From: Candidatus Woesearchaeota archaeon
Lineage (GTDB): Archaea; Nanobdellota; Nanobdellia; SCGC-AAA011-G17; PNOQ01
Assembly (NCBI GenBank): GCA_964587005.1
Contig: CAZPJW010000004.1
Span: 1-33,231, forward strand
Direction of reading: 5' to 3'
DNA length: 33,231 nucleotides
Positions 1 to 7,885 of the stretch are shown piece after piece. Position numbers and translations under genes: made by a program. Every line of letters begins with the position of its first letter. Position 1 is the first letter of the stretch. A model generated the notes under the pieces. That model was given only the letters and a program-made list of their open reading frames with translations. It searched no databases and had not been told where the DNA came from.

Positions 1-111
1 GAACTAGATCTAGTAGATTTATTCAAAGGAAAACCCTTAGTATACAAATTGGAAGAAGGAAAATACATAATAGATATAGCATCTACTTTTGAAGCAGTTA
101 CAAAAGAATAA
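1..111 (+). CDS. 3' end of a hypothetical protein, truncated by the window edge (ELDLVDLFKGKPLVYKLEEGKYIIDIASTFEAVTKE*)
   Basis: Frame 1 is open from base 1 to TAA at 109-111 with protein-like composition; not in the ORF track. Confidence 0.75.
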   Translation, partial: ELDLVDLFKGKPLVYKLEEGKYIIDIASTFEAVTKE

Positions 112-489
112 TTAATTAATTGCTTCAGAACTACTTTTGTACAATAGATTAAGTATTTCCTCTTGGGTCGATCTTTCTAATCCCTGATAAGTACTTTCAT
201 CCATATTCCTATTTTTAATATCCCATAACCATTTATCAACTTGGAGATGGCAAACTATTTGTTCCCCGGGCAAGCTACTAATTTTTTGATAAACTGGATC
301 CAACTTTGTGTGGGGAGCCTCTTTCAAAAGAACGGTTCTCCTAAATTCAGAATGAGACATACCTTTTACTAGTAAAATTTTTCTAAAATAATCTAGTCTG
401 CGTGCTAGTGAAAGATTTTTATTATCCGAATCGGCCATATGTTCAACCATATAACTAAACAATTTGTTATCAATTTCGTCTAAAGCCAT
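112..489 (-). CDS. hypothetical protein, 125 aa
   Basis: ORF fills the gap between neighbours; its stop abuts the convergent stop at 109-111; no recognisable motif. Confidence 0.7.
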   Translation of the reverse strand: MALDEIDNKLFSYMVEHMADSDNKNLSLARRLDYFRKILLVKGMSHSEFRRTVLLKEAPHTKLDPVYQKISSLPGEQIVCHLQVDKWLWDIKNRNMDESTYQGLERSTQEEILNLLYKSSSEAIN

Positions 490-540
490 TTTTAAGAGAA
501 ACTTAGAAAATTATATAAAATTAACTAAACAATAATTACT

Positions 541-1107
541 ATGAAACAAAATAATGATCTAGTATTAATAATAAGTGATTCTATTAAATCAATAAAAAAA
601 CAAAACTTACACGAATTAAGAGAAGCTTCAAACAAAGCAATAAACCTCTCTTCAATCTACCAAGATAAATACTCAATATCATTCTCAGTAATATTATACA
701 CCCTTTTCAAAATAATGAACAAAAACAATTACCTTCATAACGAAAATTACCCGCAAATAAGAAAAATCATTCTTTCAGAATTAAATATCTCAAGAAACGC
801 ACTAAGAAAGAACAAAACATACATCTTATCAAAATCTCTAAGAAAAATTATAAGAGAACTAGAAAAATTAGACAAACAAGCCGGGAAATTCATGCAAGAA
901 GCAATAGAGTCCTCAAAAATAAAAAAAGCCTACGGATTATACAGTTCTGGAATCTCAACCGGAAAAGCAGCACAATTATTAGGAATTTCAAAATGGGAGC
1001 TTCAACCCTACTTAGGAAAAACAAGAGAATCCGAAAATCCTTACTCACAATCAAGACCAGTAGAAGAAAGAGTAAAAATAGCAAAAGAGATATTTAACAT
1101 AAAATGA
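541..1107 (+). CDS. helical protein with C-terminal UPF0175-like HTH (possible antitoxin/regulator)
   Basis: C-terminal LYSSGISTGKAAQLLGISKWEL resembles the UPF0175 HTH pattern; ATGA-type 4-bp overlap with the downstream PIN gene. Confidence 0.6.
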   Translation: MKQNNDLVLIISDSIKSIKKQNLHELREASNKAINLSSIYQDKYSISFSVILYTLFKIMNKNNYLHNENYPQIRKIILSELNISRNALRKNKTYILSKSLRKIIRELEKLDKQAGKFMQEAIESSKIKKAYGLYSSGISTGKAAQLLGISKWELQPYLGKTRESENPYSQSRPVEERVKIAKEIFNIK

Positions 1108-1799
1108 AATCGATAGTATTTGACACCGGAACAATAATAAGCCTTGTAACTAATAATATACTCTGGATTCTCCCACATCTAAAAAAACAAATGCGAGGAA
1201 AGTTCTTACTATCTGAATCCGTAAAAAAAGAAATAATAGACAATCCACTAAAATCAAAAAAATTCAAACTAGAAGCACTAATAGTCCAAGATTATCTAAG
1301 AGAAGGAGTATTTACATTAACAAAAAACAAATTCTCAAAAGAAAAAACAGATGAAATGCTAAATCTAGCAAACTCATGTTTTAACGCAAGAGGACATAAT
1401 GTAAAGGTTGTAGACAGGGCAGAAATAGAAACATTAATGGTAGTTCTCCAAAATAAAGCCGATGCAATGGTAATGGATGAAAGAACTTTAAGATTGCTAG
1501 TAGAAAATCCAGAAAAACTCGAACACGTTCTCTCATCAAGGCTACGTACAAAAGTAGAAATGAATAAAAACAACGCAAAAAGATTTCAAGAACTAACAAA
1601 AGACATCAAAATAATAAGATCAACAGAATTAGCTTACATTGCCTACAAAATGAAACTTCTAGACAGATATATCACAGCAAAAAAAGTTTTAGATACAACC
1701 CTAAGAAAAGAACTTTTAGAAGGAACTTTATGGGCCCTAAAACTAAACGGTTGCTCAATCTCGCATGAAGAAATCAATGAAATGCTTAGAAACGGATAA
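1104..1799 (+). CDS. PIN-domain protein (DUF3368/VapC-like nuclease)
   Basis: N-terminal IVFDTG, then VKKE, AEIE and MDE acidic residues in PIN-like order. Confidence 0.7.
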   Translation: MKSIVFDTGTIISLVTNNILWILPHLKKQMRGKFLLSESVKKEIIDNPLKSKKFKLEALIVQDYLREGVFTLTKNKFSKEKTDEMLNLANSCFNARGHNVKVVDRAEIETLMVVLQNKADAMVMDERTLRLLVENPEKLEHVLSSRLRTKVEMNKNNAKRFQELTKDIKIIRSTELAYIAYKMKLLDRYITAKKVLDTTLRKELLEGTLWALKLNGCSISHEEINEMLRNG

Positions 1800-1885
1800 T
1801 TTTAACTAATTAGTTACTAAATAACATATATATAATATCTATACATAATAATTAAAAACATATGGAGGCGGTTAAAACGAACAAA

Positions 1886-2134
1886 TCATTTGTAAATCTT
1901 TCTTCTATGCCCCATTTCCAAAACCAATATCACTAATTTACCTTTATCTATATTAATAATAATTCTGTAACTTCCAACTCTCAAACTATACCTAGGAATT
2001 CCAATTAATTTCTTAACATGTTTAAATGGACTTATTCTAATCCTAACCAAACTATTTTTAATTCTCTCTCTTACATTTCGAGGTAACTTCAGAAATTGCT
2101 TCTTAGCCAAATCTGTAAAGATAATTCTATACAT
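1886..2134 (-). CDS. relE: RelE/ParE-family toxin
   Basis: 82 aa and basic; YRIIFT..AKKQF, YSLRVGSYRII, LVILVLEMGHRRKIYK match the RelE pattern; TAATG coupling to the upstream antitoxin. Confidence 0.9.
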   Translation of the reverse strand: MYRIIFTDLAKKQFLKLPRNVRERIKNSLVRIRISPFKHVKKLIGIPRYSLRVGSYRIIINIDKGKLVILVLEMGHRRKIYK

Positions 2135-2352
2135 TACAATCCGGCCTCTTTCATAACTGCCTCAAAACTATGAATCTTTCCTTCCTTAACTTGTCTTTCA
2201 GCCAGTTCCAACCTTTTTCTAGTCTGCTCAGATAATTCAGTAGTATCTTCAATTAAATCCCAAATTACTTCCTCATAAGTTTCCTTATCAAAAAGTTTCC
2301 TTTTAGTCAACTCTTTTTGTAAATCCTGACTAACTTGTATTGTGGTTGCCAT
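2134..2352 (-). CDS. antitoxin of the RelE toxin (archaeal RelB-like)
   Basis: MATTIQVS..L.KEL...K..DKETYEEVIWDLIE N-terminus and EGKIHSFEAVMKE C-terminus; directly upstream of and overlapping relE; start taken at MATT (2352). Confidence 0.8.
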   Translation of the reverse strand: MATTIQVSQDLQKELTKRKLFDKETYEEVIWDLIEDTTELSEQTRKRLELAERQVKEGKIHSFEAVMKEAGL

Positions 2353-2365
2353 ATTCAACTATAGT

Positions 2366-2420
2366 GGGCTATATTATATAAAGCTTTCCCTCAAGGGTAT
2401 TCGTAAGCTTTATAAACGGT
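2366..2420. promoter_or_regulatory. back-to-back divergent TATA-like promoters (TA operon on -, surface protein on +)
   Basis: TTATATAAAGCTT ... AAGCTTTATAAA quasi-inverted arrangement between two divergent starts. Confidence 0.45.
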
Positions 2421-2469
2421 TCACAACTCCAGAATAATAACATTAATAATCACTAAGGAGGGTTAAAGA

Positions 2470-3747
2470 ATGAATACATACGTTAAATTGCTAGCAATTT
2501 TGTTACTTTTTGCAGGTATGAGCATGCCAGCAGCAATAGCTGACGACAATGGCGATATTGATGATATCTCTTTCGAGAGCATTAAAATCGACGATATTTG
2601 GTATGATTTAGACGGCTCTGTTATTCCTACAGGTCCGTTTTATGCCGGTGAAAAAGTCCACGTTAAAGTTAACTGGGAATCTCTTTTAGATGAAGAGGAA
2701 TCCATGTCAGTTACACTTAAAGTGGAACTAGGAGATGACTTAGAAGAAGAAACTGAAGAGTTTACAGTGAGATACGAATGGACAGATACTGAATCTTTTG
2801 TATTTACTTTGCCAAGAGATATGGATCCCGGATTCTACAACCTTCATCTTGAATTTGAAGATGAACACGGAAACCGAAACACATATGGCGGAGAAATACA
2901 ATTGGAAGTTTCAAACCAAAAGCACTACGTAGAAATCTACGATGTTAACTTTAGACACGGTCTATCAGTTGATGCTGGTGAAACACTTTTTGTTTCTGTT
3001 GGCGCTAAAAACGTCGGACACGAAATGGAAGAAGATATTAAAATAAGTATATCTATACCAGAACTTGGTTTATACCAAAAATCAAACAGATTTGATCTAT
3101 GCACTGAAGAATACGTAGATAATCAAGACGAAGAATGCTGCGATGACGATGATGAATACAAAATCTACAAAGATCTTTACTTAACAATCCCTGCAGACAC
3201 TGTTTCAGGTGTTTACGATTTGATTGTAAGTTTAGACTACGATGATGATGACGAAGTAGAAGAAGAAGTTTACAGCATTGTTGTTGGTAGAGGAGCTTCA
3301 CCTACAGATACTGTTATTAGTATTGACAAAACATCCCAAACCTTTGCACAAGGTAGTGGCGTTGCTTATACAGTAATGTTTCCTACAGATTCTGGATACT
3401 CAGTTAAAGTAGAAGGTATCGGAGATTGGGGAACTTACAGAGTTGATGGAAATGAAGGACAAGCCTACATTTTCGTTTCAGCTAATGAAGGCGCTTCAAC
3501 TGGAAGCTATCCGTTTACGGTTAAGGTTATGGCTGGTTCCGCAGTAGTTAAAGAATTTGATTTGACTGCAAACGTAACAAAATTTGCACAAGGTACTTCA
3601 ACAGATATTAAAGAAGGCCTACAAATTGGATTCGCTATTTTGCTGGTTATCTTAATAATTCTAGGAATAATCCTGGCAGCTAAGAAAATCGGCAAATCAA
3701 ACGACTATGAAGAATCTTTGATGGACGAAGGCGAAACTTATTACTAA
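2470..3747 (+). CDS. secreted acidic surface/S-layer-like protein with CARDB/Ig-like domains and C-terminal TM anchor
   Basis: Signal peptide; Ig-like patterns (V.AKNVG...E.DIKISISIPELG, IPADTVSGVYDLIV); C-terminal hydrophobic helix; SD GGAGGG at 2457-2462. Confidence 0.75.
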   Translation: MNTYVKLLAILLLFAGMSMPAAIADDNGDIDDISFESIKIDDIWYDLDGSVIPTGPFYAGEKVHVKVNWESLLDEEESMSVTLKVELGDDLEEETEEFTVRYEWTDTESFVFTLPRDMDPGFYNLHLEFEDEHGNRNTYGGEIQLEVSNQKHYVEIYDVNFRHGLSVDAGETLFVSVGAKNVGHEMEEDIKISISIPELGLYQKSNRFDLCTEEYVDNQDEECCDDDDEYKIYKDLYLTIPADTVSGVYDLIVSLDYDDDDEVEEEVYSIVVGRGASPTDTVISIDKTSQTFAQGSGVAYTVMFPTDSGYSVKVEGIGDWGTYRVDGNEGQAYIFVSANEGASTGSYPFTVKVMAGSAVVKEFDLTANVTKFAQGTSTDIKEGLQIGFAILLVILIILGIILAAKKIGKSNDYEESLMDEGETYY

Positions 3748-3748
3748 A

Positions 3749-3768
3749 TTTTTCTTTTTTTCTTTTTT
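3749..3768 (+). terminator. oligo-T tract, archaeal terminator-like
   Basis: TTTTTCTTTTTTTCTTTTTT directly after the stop at 3745-3747. Confidence 0.6.
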
Positions 3769-3884
3769 AAATTCTTTAAAAACCCTTTATAAAAAATATT
3801 TACTCTATTACAATAATTATACTACAATTTTATTTATAAGTCGCCCGTGTATCCCATTTTAGTAACAAAAAGGAGGGTTCTACC

Positions 3885-6482
3885 ATGGGTAGTAAAAAAA
3901 TCATAACATCAATAATAATATTACTAATATTGCCAATAGTACTGGCTCAAACTTTTACTTTATACGAGAGTTCTCAACCAGGACCATTATGTCCGGGTTC
4001 AACAGGAATATACACAGACACAATAGAAAATACGGGTACTGGACCACTATCATTATCTATATCAACATCTGGTTCTGCATCATCATTCTCAACTAGTGTA
4101 CCATTAAGTATGACTTTAATTCCGGGACAAACAAAAAATATATACACATATGTAACTCCTAGATCAACAACAACTCCAGGAATTTATTCTTTAAGAGTTA
4201 TGGCAGATGCAAACGGAGAAACAAGAGAACTAACACACGATATACTAATCAAAGACTGTTATGAATTCACATTAGAAGCATTAGACATTCAAAAGAATAC
4301 TTGCCCATGTGAATCTGGAAAGTTTGAATTCCTATTAACTAATAATGGAGACTATACAGAATCCTATTCATTAGAAGTTGAAGGGGAGTATGCTTCAAAC
4401 ATAGTATTAAGCACTGATGAAATCACATTATCTCCAGGAGATGCGGATTATATATTTGCTTATGTAACAACTCCTTGTAATGATGTAGGTCAAAAAGACT
4501 TTACATTAAAAGCAACTTCACTAAACTCAGCAAGTACTCAAGCAGCAACTTCTACACTAGTAATAGACCCATGTTATGATTTTTCTATAACCACAGAAAG
4601 AGATCTAGTAAACACTTGTGAACACACACAAGAAACAATAGATGTAACAATCTCAAACTCTGGCTCAACAGCAAATGAGTATTCTCTAAACATAGACGGC
4701 CCATTATGGGCAAACTTAGAGAGAAACACATTAATAATAAACCCAAATTCACAAGCAACAACTACTCTTGTCCTAAACCCGGATTATGGCGTAGAGGGAA
4801 GCTTTGAATTGGACATGAGTGTACAACCAGACAAAGGGGAAGTAGTAGCACACCATTATTTCGATGTAAACATAAGGAAATGCCACGGCGTAACTTTAAA
4901 CATTGAAAAAGCAGAAGATAAGATGTGTAACTCCTTACAAAATACTTATGCAGTAAGTGTAATTAATACTGGGGATTATCCAAAAGAGTATTATTTTGCC
5001 ATAGATGGCCCACAATGGGCAACACTAGACAAAAACACAGCAACTCTTGGAATAGGAGAAGAAGAACAATTAACTCTAACAGTAAACCCTACTTTTGATA
5101 CTCCGGAAGCAGCTTATTCCATAAAGGTTCAAGCAATAGCAAAAGATTCATCTCAAGTAGCAAGCACGGATAAAATAGACATAACTACTGTTTCAAAAGA
5201 TGAATGCTATAAGGCGGTTCTAGGAATAGATCAAAAGAAAATAGATGTTTACTATGATTCAACCGCAACATTACCAATTGTAATAGAGAACAAGGGGGCA
5301 TATACAACATCTTATGACCTAGGTTTATCAGGAACAGCATCTAATTTCGTTTATTTAAACCCTGCAACAGTTGAAGTTAACCCTGGACAATCCGAGATAG
5401 TATACTTATACATTGCTCCATCAGGGCAAATAAAAAACGGAGACTACTCAGTTACAGTATCGGCTAGATTATCTGATTCATCCGTAATGGCTACAGAAAC
5501 GGTAGAGGTGATTGTTTCTGATAGTGGATACATCTCGCCAGAAGATCTAGAAAAAAGAGAATCAATATTTACAAAGATTATCAATTTCTTCAAAAATCTA
5601 TTCAAACCAACCCTTGAAGAACCAATAGACGAAGAAGAAATAGAAGAAATAATTGAAGAACCTATTATCGATGAAGAAACTATTGAAAACGAGACTATAG
5701 GTGAGGAAATAGAAGAAATAGAAGAAGAAGTTGAAGAAGTCATAGAAACTACTGAAAACGGTTTCATTCTAAACTTGGGAGAATCTGGAGAATTCATAAT
5801 CAAAGGAGAAACACACACATTAGAATTAACAGACATATCTGATGACACAATCTTAATAACTATTACTTCAGATCCAATCTTATTTACTATAGATGTAGGA
5901 GAATCAAAAGATGTAGACATGGACAACGACGGAGTTTATGATGTAAAAGTTACTTTTAATGGATATGTTGATGGGAAAGCAGATATTTCATACGAAGAGA
6001 TTTCAGAAGAAATAATTGAAGGACCGATTATCGATGAAGAAGTAACAGAAGAAGAATCTAGTGGAGAAGAAGAACCATTCTTTTCATCATTCTTTGGATC
6101 ACTAGGTTCAATCTTTACCGGAGCAGGAAGTTCCTTGGTAACTTACAAATATCACATAATTGGAATAATTGCAGTAATAATAATACTTTATTTAATCTTC
6201 AAGACAGGTTTCGGTAAAAAAATAGCCGAATTCTTTGAAGAAGAAATAGAAGAAGAAGATGTTCCGGTAGTTGACAAGAAAGAAGAACCAGAAGAACCAA
6301 AAGAGGAAAAACCTGCTAAGAAAAAAGAAGAGAGGCCCAAAAAAGCAACAAAGAAACCAAAGAAAGAGAAAACAGAAGATACGGAAGACGAAATTGAAAT
6401 AGAAGGGCTTGACGAAGAATCAAACAAAGAAGACTTCATCATAGAATTTGATGATGAAGACGAAGACAAAAAAAAGAAATAA
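3885..6482 (+). CDS. large surface glycoprotein-like protein with about 5 tandem NEW3/CARDB-like Ig repeats, acidic stalk, TM helix and charged tail
   Basis: Signal peptide; repeats of roughly 105 aa with N.G...Y.L...G and L.PG motifs separated by Cys pairs; E-rich linker; TM YHIIGIIAVIIILYLIF; SD GGAGGG at 3872-3877. Confidence 0.75.
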   Translation: MGSKKIITSIIILLILPIVLAQTFTLYESSQPGPLCPGSTGIYTDTIENTGTGPLSLSISTSGSASSFSTSVPLSMTLIPGQTKNIYTYVTPRSTTTPGIYSLRVMADANGETRELTHDILIKDCYEFTLEALDIQKNTCPCESGKFEFLLTNNGDYTESYSLEVEGEYASNIVLSTDEITLSPGDADYIFAYVTTPCNDVGQKDFTLKATSLNSASTQAATSTLVIDPCYDFSITTERDLVNTCEHTQETIDVTISNSGSTANEYSLNIDGPLWANLERNTLIINPNSQATTTLVLNPDYGVEGSFELDMSVQPDKGEVVAHHYFDVNIRKCHGVTLNIEKAEDKMCNSLQNTYAVSVINTGDYPKEYYFAIDGPQWATLDKNTATLGIGEEEQLTLTVNPTFDTPEAAYSIKVQAIAKDSSQVASTDKIDITTVSKDECYKAVLGIDQKKIDVYYDSTATLPIVIENKGAYTTSYDLGLSGTASNFVYLNPATVEVNPGQSEIVYLYIAPSGQIKNGDYSVTVSARLSDSSVMATETVEVIVSDSGYISPEDLEKRESIFTKIINFFKNLFKPTLEEPIDEEEIEEIIEEPIIDEETIENETIGEEIEEIEEEVEEVIETTENGFILNLGESGEFIIKGETHTLELTDISDDTILITITSDPILFTIDVGESKDVDMDNDGVYDVKVTFNGYVDGKADISYEEISEEIIEGPIIDEEVTEEESSGEEEPFFSSFFGSLGSIFTGAGSSLVTYKYHIIGIIAVIIILYLIFKTGFGKKIAEFFEEEIEEEDVPVVDKKEEPEEPKEEKPAKKKEERPKKATKKPKKEKTEDTEDEIEIEGLDEESNKEDFIIEFDDEDEDKKKK
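5642..6041 (+). repeat. 37-bp near-perfect direct repeat pair (5642-5678 and 6005-6041; 35/37 identical; 363 bp apart, in frame)
   Basis: AGAAGAAATAATTGAAG(A/G)ACC(T/G)ATTATCGATGAAGAA, aligned by hand. Confidence 0.85.
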
Positions 6483-6497
6483 TAACACTTAAATACC

Positions 6498-6516
6498 TTT
6501 CTTTTTCCCCTTTTTT
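6498..6516 (+). terminator. pyrimidine/oligo-T tract, terminator-like
   Basis: TTTCTTTTTCCCCTTTTTT between the 6482 stop and the 6517 start. Confidence 0.4.
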
Positions 6517-7155
6517 ATGCCACAAACATACTTAGTTGTACTTGCTTCTGACATGGATTTTCATCCAGCAAGAACTGATAAAAATGGATTTCCTAATGAA
6601 AGATACTGGCGCCCAGATTTAGAGGCCCATATAAGACTTGCTGCAGCAGCAAAATTAAGAAAAGGTCTTCCAGAAAGAACAAAAATAATTTTAACTGGAG
6701 GGCATACAAAAGGCCAAGATAGACCTTCTCTAGCCCAAATATTAAAACAAGAAGCAATCCATAAATACAACATTCCAGAAGAAGATATAGACTTAGAAGA
6801 ATACTCTTTAGACACAACTGAAAACGCAGAATTTACCTTACAATTAGTAGAAGATCATGATTCAATAATACACTTAATAACAAATAAATTCCACCTAGAC
6901 AGGGCGTATTTTACATTCAAGAGACACGCAGATAAATTGGATGGCCCAGGCGGATATCCCCTTATCTTTCCAAGAAATGCAGAAAGAGTACTTTTCGATA
7001 ATCCAAAATATAAAAAATTCGTAAAAAGATGGATAAGTTCGGAATATCAAAAAGCAAGAGCAAGAAAAGACAAAATCTTCCATTTAGTTTCATCTTTTCT
7101 AGGTGAAGGAATAATGAGGAAAGTAACGCATTACCAGAGAGGAAATCAAAAATAA
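6517..7155 (+). CDS. YdcF/DUF218 (SanA/ElyC-like) family protein
   Basis: IILTGG, EEYSLDTTENAEFT and LITNKFHLDRA motifs. Confidence 0.85.
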   Translation: MPQTYLVVLASDMDFHPARTDKNGFPNERYWRPDLEAHIRLAAAAKLRKGLPERTKIILTGGHTKGQDRPSLAQILKQEAIHKYNIPEEDIDLEEYSLDTTENAEFTLQLVEDHDSIIHLITNKFHLDRAYFTFKRHADKLDGPGGYPLIFPRNAERVLFDNPKYKKFVKRWISSEYQKARARKDKIFHLVSSFLGEGIMRKVTHYQRGNQK

Positions 7156-7182
7156 TTTAAATACAAATCAATTAAAAACACT

Positions 7183-7434
7183 ATGAAAAAAGGAATAATT
7201 TTAACATTAATAATAATTCTCCTAGTTTATTTCATAGGGGCTTCTATAACTGGATTCGTCCCAATTGGAGAAACTTGTTGCTTAGGAGAAGACTGTAATG
7301 AAGATTCAAGATGTTCATTTGAACAACCAAAAGTTCCAACTCAAAACACACTAAACATTCTTTTAGAAGTCTTCTTAGTAGCACTAGTTTCCCTATATTT
7401 CTATTTAATAATAAAACAACGTTACAAGAATTAA
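7183..7434 (+). CDS. small membrane protein with two hydrophobic segments and a Cys-rich loop
   Basis: N-terminal TM, ITGFV motif, CCLGEDC..C, C-terminal TM. Confidence 0.65.
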   Translation: MKKGIILTLIIILLVYFIGASITGFVPIGETCCLGEDCNEDSRCSFEQPKVPTQNTLNILLEVFLVALVSLYFYLIIKQRYKN

Positions 7435-7884
7435 AATAACTAAAATACAAATAAAAACAATCTCATACAAAGGGACATTAAACAAAAATCCTTCTTCTTT
7501 AAATCTAAATCTTTTATTAACCTCTAACCATTTTTTGAAATTCAGAAAATCTAAAACCATATGGCTATAATACCCAATGAAAAATATCCAAAACCAGATT
7601 TTACTAATAAAAAATAAAACTAAAATTAAAAAACTAAATATTAAAAAGCCAGGTAAATGATGCACTAAAGAAGTTCTCTCATCCAAGGTATGTTTTATTG
7701 CAGAATTCCAAGCATCTTTGAAATTAAAACTTTTTTTCTTAATAACAAAGTAAACAAAATGATCTATATCTATTAACAATCCAACCAAACCCGTATACAG
7801 GGCTTGCAACATACTAAAATATCCTTGCTTAACTAGAACTAATCCAATAAAAAACGAAACCAGAAAATGTGTTAATGGGTACAT
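7405..7884 (-). CDS. membrane metal-dependent hydrolase (YdjM/DUF457-like)
   Basis: MYPLTH, DIDH, HH and GYYSHMVLD motifs among TM segments. Confidence 0.75.
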   Translation of the reverse strand: MYPLTHFLVSFFIGLVLVKQGYFSMLQALYTGLVGLLIDIDHFVYFVIKKKSFNFKDAWNSAIKHTLDERTSLVHHLPGFLIFSFLILVLFFISKIWFWIFFIGYYSHMVLDFLNFKKWLEVNKRFRFKEEGFLFNVPLYEIVFICILVILILVTLFYY

Positions 7885-7885
7885 C

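Noticed and set aside
5444-6469. Minus-strand Ser-rich ORFs 5444-5926 and 6188-6469
   Set aside because: Antisense shadows of Glu-rich (GAA) codons in the surface protein.
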